From an uncultured Verrucomicrobiae bacterium (GTDB lineage: Bacteria > Verrucomicrobiota > Verrucomicrobiia > Chthoniobacterales > UBA10450): a stretch of DNA of 64,000 bases. A model generated the notes under the pieces. It worked only from the letters and a program-made list of their open reading frames with translations, was not told the DNA's origin and did not search any database. The position numbers and the translations under genes are program-made. Of the stretch, positions 39,768 to 50,329 are shown piece after piece; positions within the stretch are counted from its first letter, which is position 1, and each line of letters starts with the position of its first letter. The stretch covers positions 44,733 to 108,732 of the forward strand of contig CAVUGV010000018.1 of NCBI GenBank assembly GCA_963741065.1, read 5' to 3'.

Positions 39768-40523
39768 TTAGAGGTCTTGGCGTGCTTCAATCTCCCGTGC
39801 CATCTCTTCAGGTTGTTGAAAGCTGATGATGCCGCTGATCGGACGGCTTTCAGTTAACATGTGGACGATCTCGATCCCTGCGCGTTCCATATCATGAAGC
39901 ATCGTGTTTACGCGCGAAGAGAGATAGCTGTAAGCGACAAAAGTCGGAGTCGCTACGACCAGGCCGGCTGCGGTGGTCAGCAAACTCTTATACACCCCGC
40001 CGGAAAGCTCAGTCACTGTCGCATAACCACCGCTTGAAGCGATGGTCCCGAAGGCATCGATCATTCCTGCTACCGTCCCGAGTAATCCGAGCAATGGCGT
40101 CAGAAAAGCGATTGTAGCGAGCACGGCAAGAAACCGCTCCAGTTTTGGTACTTCGAGCTGGGCAGCTTCTTGCACGATATCGCGCAATTCCGCCCGTGGC
40201 GCATCGTGCCGGATAATCGCGGCGTGAATCACTCGCGCCACCGGCCCCGGTGTCCCGGCTGATTCATGCAGCGCCTCAGCGAAATTGCGACGCCGAATCA
40301 GGTTCGACAATCCCTTTAGAAATTCGCCGACATGAATACTGGCGCGGTGCAAGTAGAACAGGCGCTCGGCGAAGACAGCGATCGAGATGATACTGCAGCC
40401 CAGAATTGGCCACATTAACAATCCGCCTTTTTGGATGTAATCAATCACGCCGGTTTTTGTAACGCTCTTTCTCGACTGTGGCAAGCCAACAACCAAACGC
40501 ACAGCCTGCCGTGCGATACTCAA
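39768..40523 (-). CDS. exbB: MotA/TolQ/ExbB proton-channel protein
   Basis: 251 aa. ..LATIAFLTPLLGLLGTVAGMIDAF.. matches the family signature. Three TM segments. Confidence 0.85.
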   Translation of the reverse strand: MSIARQAVRLVVGLPQSRKSVTKTGVIDYIQKGGLLMWPILGCSIISIAVFAERLFYLHRASIHVGEFLKGLSNLIRRRNFAEALHESAGTPGPVARVIHAAIIRHDAPRAELRDIVQEAAQLEVPKLERFLAVLATIAFLTPLLGLLGTVAGMIDAFGTIASSGGYATVTELSGGVYKSLLTTAAGLVVATPTFVAYSYLSSRVNTMLHDMERAGIEIVHMLTESRPISGIISFQQPEEMAREIEARQDL

Positions 40524-40533
40524 ATGCGACTAT

Positions 40534-41049
40534 TTATCGCCGGGTTTTCTCGCGCGGTTTTGGCGAGGGAGAGCCGCGAACGATAGCGGCGCCTTTGCCA
40601 CCAACTAATTTGCCGGAAGCATCGAAGACGGAATAGCCAGTCTGCTTCCCGGAAGAGTCGTAGTTGTAAACGATCTTATGCAGAAGAGTGCTGTCCGGCG
40701 CGCTTTGGGTTTCCTCGAGGATGCGCCCGGCATTATCGTACTTGTAGCGGCTCTTGAGCCGAATGCGGCCGTCCGGTCCGGAAATTTCCGCGCTCGAGAA
40801 ACGCCCCGCGTCATCCAGTTCATAACGAATTGTCTCGCGCAGTTTGCCGTCCACATCCGTGGTCGTCGCCACCGCCTTATGCTGCGCGTTATCGAAGTTG
40901 TAAGTGGTGCGCGAGCCGTCCGGGTGCATTGTTACGGTTACCCGCACAGCGTCACTCTGAGCTTGCTCCGGTGACTGGCCAAATCCGATCGCTGTGCCGC
41001 AGACGAGGAGGGCGCAAGCAAACGCCAGCCCTAGCGGTAAAAATTTCAT
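40534..41049 (-). CDS. secreted hypothetical protein with YD-like repeats
   Basis: Signal peptide MKFLPLGLAFACALLVCGTAIG. Repeated Y.YD..GR motifs. Confidence 0.5.
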   Translation of the reverse strand: MKFLPLGLAFACALLVCGTAIGFGQSPEQAQSDAVRVTVTMHPDGSRTTYNFDNAQHKAVATTTDVDGKLRETIRYELDDAGRFSSAEISGPDGRIRLKSRYKYDNAGRILEETQSAPDSTLLHKIVYNYDSSGKQTGYSVFDASGKLVGGKGAAIVRGSPSPKPREKTRR

Positions 41050-41137
41050 GATCTGCGGAGCTTACGGTCAAGGCAATGCGGTGCAAGATAACGTTTATTA
41101 AGTGTCACCGGCGCGCGCGAGCTTGGCCCGAAGTAAA

Positions 41138-41176
41138 CCCTCACCCGTCCCTCTCCCTTTCGAAGGGAGAGGCGAC
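41138..41176. repeat. CCCTCACCC..TCCCTCTCCC..GGGAGAGG hairpin repeat
   Basis: ccctcacccgtccctctccctttcgaagggagaggcgac, a GC-rich hairpin word of a type common in intergenic DNA. Confidence 0.4.
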
Positions 41177-41245
41177 GCGTCGGTATGCCGCCTATTTTAT
41201 AGAGTCGGCCGTCGCAAATAAGCTGAAAATTTTTATTGACCACCT

Positions 41246-41280
41246 GGTGGGGAGGTGGTTAAAAGTGGGGTCAGGTGGAG
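41246..41280 (+). promoter_or_regulatory. candidate MraZ operator: four TGG(G/T/A)N boxes with 8/10/10-nt phasing, next to a TTGACC -35-like hexamer
   Basis: TGGGG 41248, TGGTT 41256, TGGGG 41266, TGGAG 41276. TTGACC at 41236. Located 30-60 nt upstream of mraZ. Confidence 0.5.
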
Positions 41281-41308
41281 CAAAATGGACGATTGCGCCA
41301 CTCGACCA

Positions 41309-41765
41309 ATGGACGCCGATTCCCCATCCGAACGCTTCTATGCCGGAGAGTTCCGGCATTCCATCGATGACAAGAATCGAATCACGATTCCCTCTCGTTG
41401 GCGACGCGATCGTCCTGAAGAATTCATTCTTTTGCCGGAGGCGACCCATCAATTTCTCCTCGTCATGTCGCCAAAGGAGTTTGCGAAAATGAGTTCGGCT
41501 GCGGAAACAAACCAGAGCGTTTCCGCGCGTGATCGCCGGGTTTTCCTGCGGCACCTGCATGCTCGCGCTCAGCACGCAGGCGCGGACCGGCAAGGCCGGC
41601 TGGTGTTGCCGGAAGATCTTTGCCGAAAGCTTGGATTGAAAGGCGAAGTTGCTCTCGTGGGCAGACCGGGGCCGCTTTGAGATTTGGAATTTGCAACGTT
41701 GGAAACGCGCGCACGAGGAGGAGACGGCTACTTACCAACACGTGGCGAAGGAAATCGGTTTATAA
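41309..41765 (+). CDS. mraZ: transcriptional regulator MraZ (frame break near 41655)
   Basis: ..FYAGEFRHSIDDKNRITIPSRWR.. and ..DRQGRLVLPEDLCRKLGL.. are the two SpoVT/AbrB-like MraZ repeats. The C-terminus GRFEIWNLQRWKRAHEEE..-stop appears after a 1-nt shift. Confidence 0.85.
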
Positions 41766-41769
41766 ACCA

Positions 41770-42726
41770 ATGGAAGCTCAAGAAGTTCTCGATATACCGT
41801 GGCTTAAGCTGCATGCATGGCTCGCCGTTGATCCGACTGCTGAAGAGGAACCCGAGGCGCAGCCAACGGAGGATTTTGTCTATCACCGTCCGGTCTTGCT
41901 AAGGGAAATACTGGGGTTCCTTAAACCGAAACCGGGTTTTCTCATTGTAGATGGAACATGCGGCGGTGGCGGCCACACCGAAGCGCTCTTGGAAAGTGGC
42001 GCCGATGTTTTGGCCTTGGATCAGGATCCTGATGCGGTCCAGCATGTAAGCGAGCGGCTGGCGCATTTCGGCCGGCGCCTCATCGTGCGCCAGGCGAATT
42101 TCCGGCACGCGAGCAGTGTTCTTGACGAGCTTGGCCTTGGCGCCATCGGCGGCGCGCTTCTTGATCTTGGTGTTTCGTCCCGCCAACTCGAAAATGCGCA
42201 GCGCGGTTTCAGCTTCGTTCGAAACGGTCCGCTCGATATGCGCATGGACCCGCGAACCAAGCTGACTGCTGCCAAGATTGTAAACGAGTACGGCGAAGAG
42301 GAATTGACTCGCCTGTTTCGTGAACTCGGTGAGGAGCCCGCCGCGCGCAGGATCTCGAGCTTGATCGTGAAGATGCGCAGGACTTCGCCCTTTCGCGAAA
42401 CTCTGCCGCTGGCGCGGGCGATCGAAAAGTTGGTCGGGCGGCATGGCCGTCATCATCCTGCCACCCAGGTTTTTCAGGCGCTGCGGATGGAAGTAAACGA
42501 TGAGCTTGGCGCGCTCGAGGAAGGCCTGCGCGTTTTAACTGCGCGACTTGCACACGGCGGGCGCATTGCCGTGATCACTTTTCACTCACTGGAGGATCGG
42601 ATCGTGAAGAACTTTTTTCGCGATCATAGTCAGGAATGGCTCGACAAGCCGGAGTGGCCCGAGCCGAAGCGCAATCCCGATTACGATCTTGAATTGGTTA
42701 CGCCGAAACCGGTGGAACCGAGCTGA
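41770..42726 (+). CDS. rsmH: 16S rRNA (cytosine1402-N4)-methyltransferase
   Basis: ..YHRPVLLREILGFL..DGTCGGGGHTEALL..DQDP.A.., FHSLEDRIVK. Confidence 0.92.
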   Translation: MEAQEVLDIPWLKLHAWLAVDPTAEEEPEAQPTEDFVYHRPVLLREILGFLKPKPGFLIVDGTCGGGGHTEALLESGADVLALDQDPDAVQHVSERLAHFGRRLIVRQANFRHASSVLDELGLGAIGGALLDLGVSSRQLENAQRGFSFVRNGPLDMRMDPRTKLTAAKIVNEYGEEELTRLFRELGEEPAARRISSLIVKMRRTSPFRETLPLARAIEKLVGRHGRHHPATQVFQALRMEVNDELGALEEGLRVLTARLAHGGRIAVITFHSLEDRIVKNFFRDHSQEWLDKPEWPEPKRNPDYDLELVTPKPVEPS

Positions 42727-42789
42727 TGACGAGCAACGCGCGAATCCCCGGTCGCGGAGCGCAAAGTTGCGCGTGGCCGAGAAATTTAA

Positions 42790-43152
42790 ATGAAGCGCTC
42801 ACGTCGAAAAAACTGTAATGCGGTAAACGCGGCCTCGCTTGCGCGCTGGATCGTGATGACTGCCTTTCTGGCGCTGGCCGGATTGAGCTACGTTTATTTG
42901 ACGCTGCAACTCTACCATCTGGGCGAGCGCAAAAAGGCGGTGGAGAACGAGCTTGTTAGTCTGCGCACTCAAAATGATATAGCCAGCGCGCAAATCGCGG
43001 CTTTGACCTCGCGCTCGGCGTTGCAACGCCGATTGAAAGAAGGCTACCTGAAAATGGTCCCGATTTCGGAGGCAAACATCGTGCGGCTGACTATTCCTCC
43101 CCGATCACGACGAAGACACGATCCAACCCGTAGTGAATCCCTCTGCCGCAAG
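42790..43152 (+). CDS. ftsL: FtsL-like cell division protein (no stop before ftsI as read)
   Basis: Basic N-terminus, one TM (WIVMTAFLALAGLSYVYL), then a coiled coil (LGERKKAVENELVSLRTQNDIASAQI). Canonical position between rsmH and ftsI. Confidence 0.6.
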
Positions 43153-45190
43153 ATGAATCCAAATAGCCGAAGTCGTTGCGTGCTGGTGTGCACTGGTTTT
43201 ATCGGACTCTTCAGCATCTTTTCATTTCGTCTGATTTATCTGCAGGCAATAAAGCACGATGAATACGCCGGCCTTGCTGCTGAAAAAAACGTTTACAAGC
43301 AAATCATCCATGCAGAGCGGGGCATGATTCTCGACGCGAACAACGAAGTCCTCGCGCACAACATTCCTGTGGAAACCGTGGTCGCCGATGCAACGCATTT
43401 TAACAACCGGCAAGCGATCGTTGCTCTCGTAAGCCACGAACTTGGCATCCCGTCCGGGGAGGTCGCGGAAAAATTAGACAGCGAGCGCCGTTATATCGTG
43501 ATCAAGCGTGAAGTGCCCGCGGCTACGGCAAACGCGCTGCGTCAGAAACTTCGCGCGGGCAATTTGCGCGGAATTTATTTCGAGCACGACGCCACGCGCA
43601 TCTATCCAAACGGCTCCATGCTTTGTCATGTCATCGGATTCACCGACTTCGATCGTCACGGCATCCAAGGCGTGGAAGCCTCGATGGAGTGAATACCTTC
43701 ACGGGCAGGACGGTTATCGTTTCATCGAGCACAACCGGGCCGGACAAGAGATCGTACCCTACCGGGGGCAGGAGCGCGCTCCGCGCGACGGCTACCAAGT
43801 CCATCTGACCGTCGATCTTGGTTTGCAGAATATCGTCGAGAATGAAATCGACGCCGCCATGGCGCAATATTCGCCGCAAAAAGCCACCATTATTCTGATG
43901 CGGCCGCAGACAGGGGAAATCCTGGCAATGGCCAATCGGCCGAATTTTGATTTGAACCTCCGCTCGGAGGCCCGGCCAGAGCAGATGAAAAACCGGGCGA
44001 TCATCGACATGATGGAGCCGGGTTCCACCTTCAAGATCGTCGCGGCCGCCGCCGCTCTCAATGAACGCAAGGTGCGGCCTGATTCGTCGATTTTTTGTGA
44101 GAACGGTCTCTGGAATTTCGGCGGCGCCGCTCTGCACGATCATCGCGCGTTTTCGAATTTAAGTGTCCGCGAGATTCTCATCAAATCGAGCAACATCGGC
44201 GCGGCCAAACTCGCCCTCACTGTGGGCGACCAAAAGTTTTACGAATACATTCGACGCTTCGGATTCGGCGAGCGCACGGGAATTGAACTGCCTGGCGAGA
44301 TCAACGGATTGATTCGGCCTCCGAAATCCTGGAGCAAAATCTCGATCACACGTATTCCGATGGGGCACGAGATCGGGGTGACGCCACTGCAAATGACGGT
44401 GGCAATGGCGACGATTGCCAACGGCGGCAAGTTGATCATGCCGCGCATGGTGAAATCGATCACTACATCGGAGGGCAAAAGCATCAGTTCACTTTCTCCG
44501 GTGGTGCTGCGTCAGGTTATTTCCTCTGAAACCGCCAAAGAAATTGGTGATGCGCTCCGAGGCGTCGTTAGCGACAGCGGCACAGCCGCCGCCGCGGCCG
44601 TGCCAGGTTTTACCATTGCTGGAAAAACCGGAACCGCGCAGAAAGTTAATCCCCGAGGCGGATATGAAGAGGGAAAGTACGTCGTTTCTTTCGCCGGCTA
44701 CCTTCCGGCCGAGCATCCTGAGTTTGTCGGTCTCGTGGTGCTCGATGATGCGCACACGAGCAAACCGGAGTTGAATTACGGCGGGCTGGTAGCAGGGCCG
44801 ATCTTTTCCCGTCTTGCGGAGAAGGCCGCCCGCTATCTTGATCTTGAGCCGCATGAGGAGATTCGCAAGGCGCTTCCTCGTGGAGCGCGTCGAAAAACCG
44901 CCGCCAGCAGAGCGAGCCCGCAAGACTGCGGCGGCGGAACGAATCGCCTTAACCAATGCCGCACGCCATTGAATGCCTCGCCGCGGCATGTTGAAACCTC
45001 ATGCAGCTCAAGACTCTCCTCGCAGCGACTCCAGTTCGCCAGGTCATCGGGCCACTTGATCGCCCAGTGGAAAACATCGCGTATGACTCGCGGCGAGTGC
45101 AAAGGAACAGCTTGTTCGCGGCATTGCGGGGCGAGAAAACCGATGGCCATCAATTCATTGGTCAAGCCATCGACAAAGGCGCGTCGGTGA
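43153..45190 (+). CDS. ftsI: peptidoglycan D,D-transpeptidase FtsI (PBP3); frame break at 43510-43690; 3' end uncertain (as-read ORF overlaps murE by 190 nt)
   Basis: TM plus dimerisation domain (..ERGMILDANNEVLA..), transpeptidase motifs STFK (about 44030), SSN (about 44190), KTGTA (about 44625). Confidence 0.85.
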
Positions 45191-46480
45191 TCGTTGCTGA
45201 ACGCGAAAACAACGATCCGCGCATCACCTGTCTGGTTGTTGAGAACACGCGCACCGCGCTTGCTGATCTTTCAGCAGCTTTTTACGGGCACCCGGCGCGG
45301 AAATTAAAACTGGCGGCGGTTACCGGCACGAATGGCAAAACCACGACAACGTTTCTCATCAAACATATCTGTGAAAGAGCGGGTTTGCGTTGCGGACTAA
45401 TCGGAACGGTGCGTTACGAGATTGGTGAGCGAATTCTGCCGGCCATCCGCACCACGCCAGAGTCGCTCGACCTGCAAGAGCTGCTGGCGCAGATCGCAAA
45501 TGCCGGCTGTAAGGCGGCTGCGATGGAAGTTTCTTCGCACGCGCTCGCGCAGGATCGCACGCGCGGCCTCGAATGGAACGTCGCCGTGTTTACAAATCTC
45601 ACCCAGGACCATCTCGATTTTCACGGGACAATGGAAAACTACTTCGATGCCAAGGCGAAGCTCTTCACTGGACTTGTGGGTCAGAAAAGAAAGCGCAAAC
45701 CCGTTGCAGTTGTGAACATTGATGACCGCTACGGCCAGCAACTCCTCAATAAAATCGATAAACGCGTGGCGGTTGTCACTTATGGCATGGGGACGCGCGC
45801 GGATTTCCGCGCTTCAAATTATCGCGCCGAGTTCAGCGGCACATCCTATCAGCTGGACGCTCATGGCAAGAGCTACCTCGTGCGTCTCCCATTAATTGGG
45901 CGCTTTAACGTGACCAACTCCGTCGCCGCGCTGGCCGCGGCCACCGCTCTCGGAATCAACTTGCGAAACGCGGTGTTTAGTCTCGCCAAGTCGCCGCAAG
46001 TACCGGGACGTCTGGAATTAGTTCCAGCCAGGCGGCAATTCCAAGTGTTCGTCGATTACGCGCACACGCCCGACGCGCTTGGGAATGTTCTCAAAACTCT
46101 GCGAGAGCTCGAGCCACAGCGATTGATTGCCGTTTTCGGCTGCGGCGGCGATCGCGACCGACAAAAGCGCCCGTTGATGGCTGAGATGGCAGATCGCCTC
46201 GCGGACTACTCCATCATCACGTCCGATAATCCACGCAAGGAAGATCCGGGCGACATCATCGCGGAGATCGAAAAAGGTTTTCGCTCGAATCGCTATGAAA
46301 AAATCGTCGATCGTACCCAGGCCATTGATCGCGCCGTTGCGCTCGCCCGACGCGCGCGACATTATATTGATTGCGGGCAAGGGACACGAAAATTATCAGG
46401 AGTTCGGCGATTACACGATCCCGTTTGACGACATTCAGGTCGCGCGTCGGGCGATTGAGGATCATCCAGTGGAGTTTTGA
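45001..46480 (+). CDS. murE: UDP-N-acetylmuramoyl-L-alanyl-D-glutamate--2,6-diaminopimelate ligase (frame break near 46350)
   Basis: ..[11 protein letters not shown].., ..TPDALGNVL.., DNPR, then ..[11 protein letters not shown].. in the second frame. Confidence 0.9.
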
Positions 46481-46494
46481 CTTTATCTGTCAGC

Positions 46495-47892
46495 ATGAAT
46501 CCGCTTCCGCTTTCTCAAATCGCCCAGTTTGCCGGGGCTTCACTCTCATCCGGAGATGGCAGCGTGATGATCGAGACAAGCTCAGCACCGATTCACGCAC
46601 GCTTAAGCCAGGCGAATTGTTCGTCGCGTTGCGTGGCGAAAATTTTGATGGTCACAATTTTGTTCAATCTGCCGCAAAAGCTGGCGCGGCTGGGGCGATC
46701 GTTGAGTCCAATTGGAGGGGGAAAGTTCCGGAGAACTTTCGCGCTGGTCCGGGCGAAAGACACTTTGCAGGCGTACCAGCAGCTCGCGGCCAACTACCGG
46801 AAATCGCTCGCGCTAAAAGTGGTCGGGATTACCGGAAGCAACGGCAAGACGAGCACGAAGGATTTTACTGCGTCAGTGCTCGCCCGCCGTTTTCAGGTCA
46901 CGAAAACGGAAGGAAATTTCAATAACCACGTTGGGCTGCCCCGAACTATCCTGGATGCCACGTCGCAAGACGAAGTCGCTGTCTGGGAGATTGGCATGAA
47001 TCACCCTGGTGAAGTTGCGGCGCTGTCGAAAATCGCCGCGCCTGATGTGGCCATCATCACCAACGTCGGTGTCGCACACATCGAGTTCATGGGTTCGCGC
47101 GAGGCAATTGCTGATGAGAAAGGCGCCCTTGTGGAAGCTGTTAGCGTTGGGGGAACAGTCATCCTGAATGCGGACGATCCTTTTAGCGCGCGCATCGCCG
47201 CGCGTGCGCGCGCCAAAGTCGTCCTGGCGGGCACAACTGACGGAACGATCCGCGCAGCCGAAATAAGCCAGAGCGAGGACGGAACGGAGTTCACTATTCT
47301 CGAGGGCGCGCATCGCTGCCGCGCACAGTTGCCCGTGCCCGGCCTGCACATGGTGCAGAATGCGTTGCTCGCAGTCGCCGCTGGACGTGTCTTCGGTGTC
47401 TCCCTGGAGGAATGTGCTGCCGGTCTCGCTGCCGCGCCGCTGGCCAAAGCGCGTTTGCAGATCAAGAAGATCGGTGGCGTTGAGTTCATTGACGACAGCT
47501 ACAACGCAAATCCTGATTCCATGAAGGCGGCCTTGCGCACCTTGGCGGAACTGCCCGCTGAGGGGAAACGCATTGCTATTTTTGGGGAAATGAGGGAACT
47601 CGGCTCCGAATCGGAGCGCGGCCATCGCGAGGTGGGAGAAATCGCGGCCACGTTAAAAATCGATCAGCTGATCGCGATCGGAAATATGGCGGCGGAAATC
47701 GCTCACGGCGCCAAGGATGCCGGACTCAAAAATACCGCAATCGTAGAATCGACCGCAGAAGCCGCTCAGTTGTTAGGTGAAATCGCTGCGCCGGGCGATC
47801 TCGTGCTGGTAAAAGGCAGCCGCCTGGCTCGGACCGAGCGCGTGATTGAAGCATTCCGCAATTCGCAATCCGCATTCGTCAGTTCGCCATGA
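46495..47892 (+). CDS. murF: UDP-N-acetylmuramoyl-tripeptide--D-alanyl-D-alanine ligase (two frame breaks, about 46575 and about 46740)
   Basis: ..STDSRTLKPGELFVALRGENFDGHNF.. lies in an alternate frame between two segments of the main frame. GITGSNGKTSTK. ..DDSYNANPDSM.. Confidence 0.88.
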   Translation: MNPLPLSQIAQFAGASLSSGDGSVMIETSSAPIHARLSQANCSSRCVAKILMVTILFNLPQKLARLGRSLSPIGGGKFRRTFALVRAKDTLQAYQQLAANYRKSLALKVVGITGSNGKTSTKDFTASVLARRFQVTKTEGNFNNHVGLPRTILDATSQDEVAVWEIGMNHPGEVAALSKIAAPDVAIITNVGVAHIEFMGSREAIADEKGALVEAVSVGGTVILNADDPFSARIAARARAKVVLAGTTDGTIRAAEISQSEDGTEFTILEGAHRCRAQLPVPGLHMVQNALLAVAAGRVFGVSLEECAAGLAAAPLAKARLQIKKIGGVEFIDDSYNANPDSMKAALRTLAELPAEGKRIAIFGEMRELGSESERGHREVGEIAATLKIDQLIAIGNMAAEIAHGAKDAGLKNTAIVESTAEAAQLLGEIAAPGDLVLVKGSRLARTERVIEAFRNSQSAFVSSP

Positions 47893-48989
47893 TGTACTAC
47901 CTCCATCGCCTGAGCGATCAGTTCATTGGGTTTAATGTTTTCCTTTATGTCACTTTCCGAGCTATCGCCGCCGCGGTCACGGCATTCCTCGGCACGTTGG
48001 TTTTTGGAAACCTTATCATCGGAAAACTGACTGCGCTGAAGGTGGGACAACCAATTCGCGAAGCGGCTGAAGTTCACCGCCTCGCCGAGCTTCATGGCGT
48101 TAAACAGGGCACGCCTACGATGGGAGGCGTGCTCATTATCGGAGCCGTTTTTGTGTCGAGTCTTTTCTGGGCCCGTCTCGATAATCGCTTCGTCTGGTTG
48201 GCGCTGTTCAGCATGGTCTATCTCGGGGCGCTCGGTTTCGCGGACGACTATCTCAAGGTGACGAAGAAGAAATCCGAAGGGATCAGCGGCCGGATCAAAC
48301 TCCTTTTTCAAATCTCGCTCGCGGCAATCGTCACTGCCCTTTTCCTCACGAATCCATTGTTGGAAGTGCAGGCGCGCTCTCTGTACGTGCCGTTCGTTAA
48401 AGCGCCGGTCATTGTGAACATGAGCTGGTTTACATTTGTTTTTTTTGCGCTCGTTATCGTGGGTTCATCGAACGCGGTGAACCTCACTGATGGATTGGAT
48501 GGCTTGGCGATCGGTTGCACCATTCCAGTGGCATTCGCATACGCATTGCTTTCTTACGCAGCCGGCAATTTCCGGATCGCGGAATACTTGCAGGTGCCTT
48601 TTTATCCGTTCGCCGCGGAGTTGACGGTAGTTTGCTCGGGCCTTATCGGCGCGGGCCTCGGTTTTCTCTGGTTTAACTGCTATCCAGCCAAAGTTTTTAT
48701 GGGCGATACCGGATCGCTGGCCATCGGCGGGATGCTGGGCGTCGTCGCGATCTGCTGCAAACAGGAACTGCTTTTGGTCGTGGTCGGCGGCGTGTTCGTG
48801 ATCGAAGCCGTCTCAGTGATTTTGCAGGTGTTGAGTTTCAAACTCACGGGCAAGCGATTTTTTGTCATGTCGCCACTGCATCATCATTTCGAACTAACGG
48901 GCTGGAAGGAGAGCACCGTGATCGTTCGGTTCTGGATTCTGTCAATCATCTTCGCCCTGCTCGGCTTGGCGACACTGAAACTGAGATGA
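47889..48989 (+). CDS. mraY: phospho-N-acetylmuramoyl-pentapeptide transferase
   Basis: Intact 366-aa ORF. ..KQGTPTMGG.., NAVNLTDGLDGLA, ..MGDTGSLA.GG.., PLHHHFE. Confidence 0.95.
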   Translation: MMYYLHRLSDQFIGFNVFLYVTFRAIAAAVTAFLGTLVFGNLIIGKLTALKVGQPIREAAEVHRLAELHGVKQGTPTMGGVLIIGAVFVSSLFWARLDNRFVWLALFSMVYLGALGFADDYLKVTKKKSEGISGRIKLLFQISLAAIVTALFLTNPLLEVQARSLYVPFVKAPVIVNMSWFTFVFFALVIVGSSNAVNLTDGLDGLAIGCTIPVAFAYALLSYAAGNFRIAEYLQVPFYPFAAELTVVCSGLIGAGLGFLWFNCYPAKVFMGDTGSLAIGGMLGVVAICCKQELLLVVVGGVFVIEAVSVILQVLSFKLTGKRFFVMSPLHHHFELTGWKESTVIVRFWILSIIFALLGLATLKLR

Positions 48990-50329
48990 AAAACGCGCGC
49001 TACGAAAATCAAAATATCGCCGTTCTTGGTGCGGGCCTGAGCGGGAGCGCTGCGGCGCTTCTGCTCAGATCGGAGGGCGCACAGGTTACGGTGCTCGATA
49101 GCGCCGAGGAGAAGAACTTACTTAAATCGACCATAGACAATCTGCGGGCACAGGGTGTGCGCGTGATTTGCGGGGCGACAGCGGATAAAGATTCGTCCGC
49201 GTATCAGATGACCATTTTAAGTCCCGGCATCGATCCGGCTTCCCCACTGGTGCGCAATTTTCTTTCGCGCGGGATTGAAGTAATCAGCGAACTCGAGCTG
49301 GGCTGGCGGTCGTGTGAGACTCCGGTCATCGCCGTTACGGGCACGAACGGCAAAACGACAACGACGGAATTGTTGGCTCAAATGTTGAATGCCTGCGGCC
49401 AGCGAACGATTGCTTGCGGGAACATTGGCAAACCGCTTTCCGAAGTGGCGCGGGAAAGGCAGCCATTCGATGTGCTAACGGTTGAGGTGAGCTCGTTCCA
49501 ACTGGAAGCGATCGAAACCTTTCATCCATCCATCAGCCTCTGGCTGAACTTCGCTCCTGACCATCTCGACCGTTATCGCTCCGTGCCTGATTATCGCGCG
49601 GCCAAGCTGCGCATTTTCGAAAATCAAACCGAGACCGACGTGGCAGTCGTAAACGGGATCGAAAAATTTCCCGCGATTTGCCCGCGCAAGATCACTTTTA
49701 GCGCGTACTCCAATCAAGCGGATTTCCAACTTTCTGATGGTGCGATTGTTTACCAAAACCAAGCCGTCCTCCGTTTGTCAGACACGAAACTTCGTGGGCT
49801 GCATAACATCGAGAACTTGATGGCGACGCTCGCTGCTGGCATGGCGCGCGGACTCTCGTTCAAGGAAATAGTCCCGTCCCTCTGTAAGTATGAGCCCCGG
49901 CCGCATCGTTGCGAATTTGTCCGCGAAGTCAGCGGCGTCGAATATGTGAACGACTCGAAGGCGACAAACCTCGACGCGGTGGACAAAGCGCTGCGTGCGC
50001 AAAATAAGCCGGTCATCCTCATCGCTGGCGGCAAGGACAAAGGTTTTAGCTTTGATCCGCTTCGCTCTCTAGTGAAGGAGAAGGTCAGATCGACGATTTT
50101 AATCGGCGACATGGCCGACAGCATCAGGCGTTCCTGGAGCGGCGCGGTCGAGTGCGAAATCGCAAACTCGCTTGCGGACGCAGTCGAGCGCGCACATGCC
50201 AGCGCAAAACACGGGGAAGTGGTCCTGTTTTCCCCGGGCACATCGTCGTTCGACATGTTCAAAAGCTACGCCGATCGAGGCGACCAATTTCGCGCGCTCG
50301 TGCAGGCATTGCCTCAAACAGACCGATGA
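48986..50329 (+). CDS. murD: UDP-N-acetylmuramoylalanine--D-glutamate ligase
   Basis: Intact 447-aa [19 protein letters not shown], ..NDSKATN.. Confidence 0.95.
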   Translation: MKNARYENQNIAVLGAGLSGSAAALLLRSEGAQVTVLDSAEEKNLLKSTIDNLRAQGVRVICGATADKDSSAYQMTILSPGIDPASPLVRNFLSRGIEVISELELGWRSCETPVIAVTGTNGKTTTTELLAQMLNACGQRTIACGNIGKPLSEVARERQPFDVLTVEVSSFQLEAIETFHPSISLWLNFAPDHLDRYRSVPDYRAAKLRIFENQTETDVAVVNGIEKFPAICPRKITFSAYSNQADFQLSDGAIVYQNQAVLRLSDTKLRGLHNIENLMATLAAGMARGLSFKEIVPSLCKYEPRPHRCEFVREVSGVEYVNDSKATNLDAVDKALRAQNKPVILIAGGKDKGFSFDPLRSLVKEKVRSTILIGDMADSIRRSWSGAVECEIANSLADAVERAHASAKHGEVVLFSPGTSSFDMFKSYADRGDQFRALVQALPQTDR

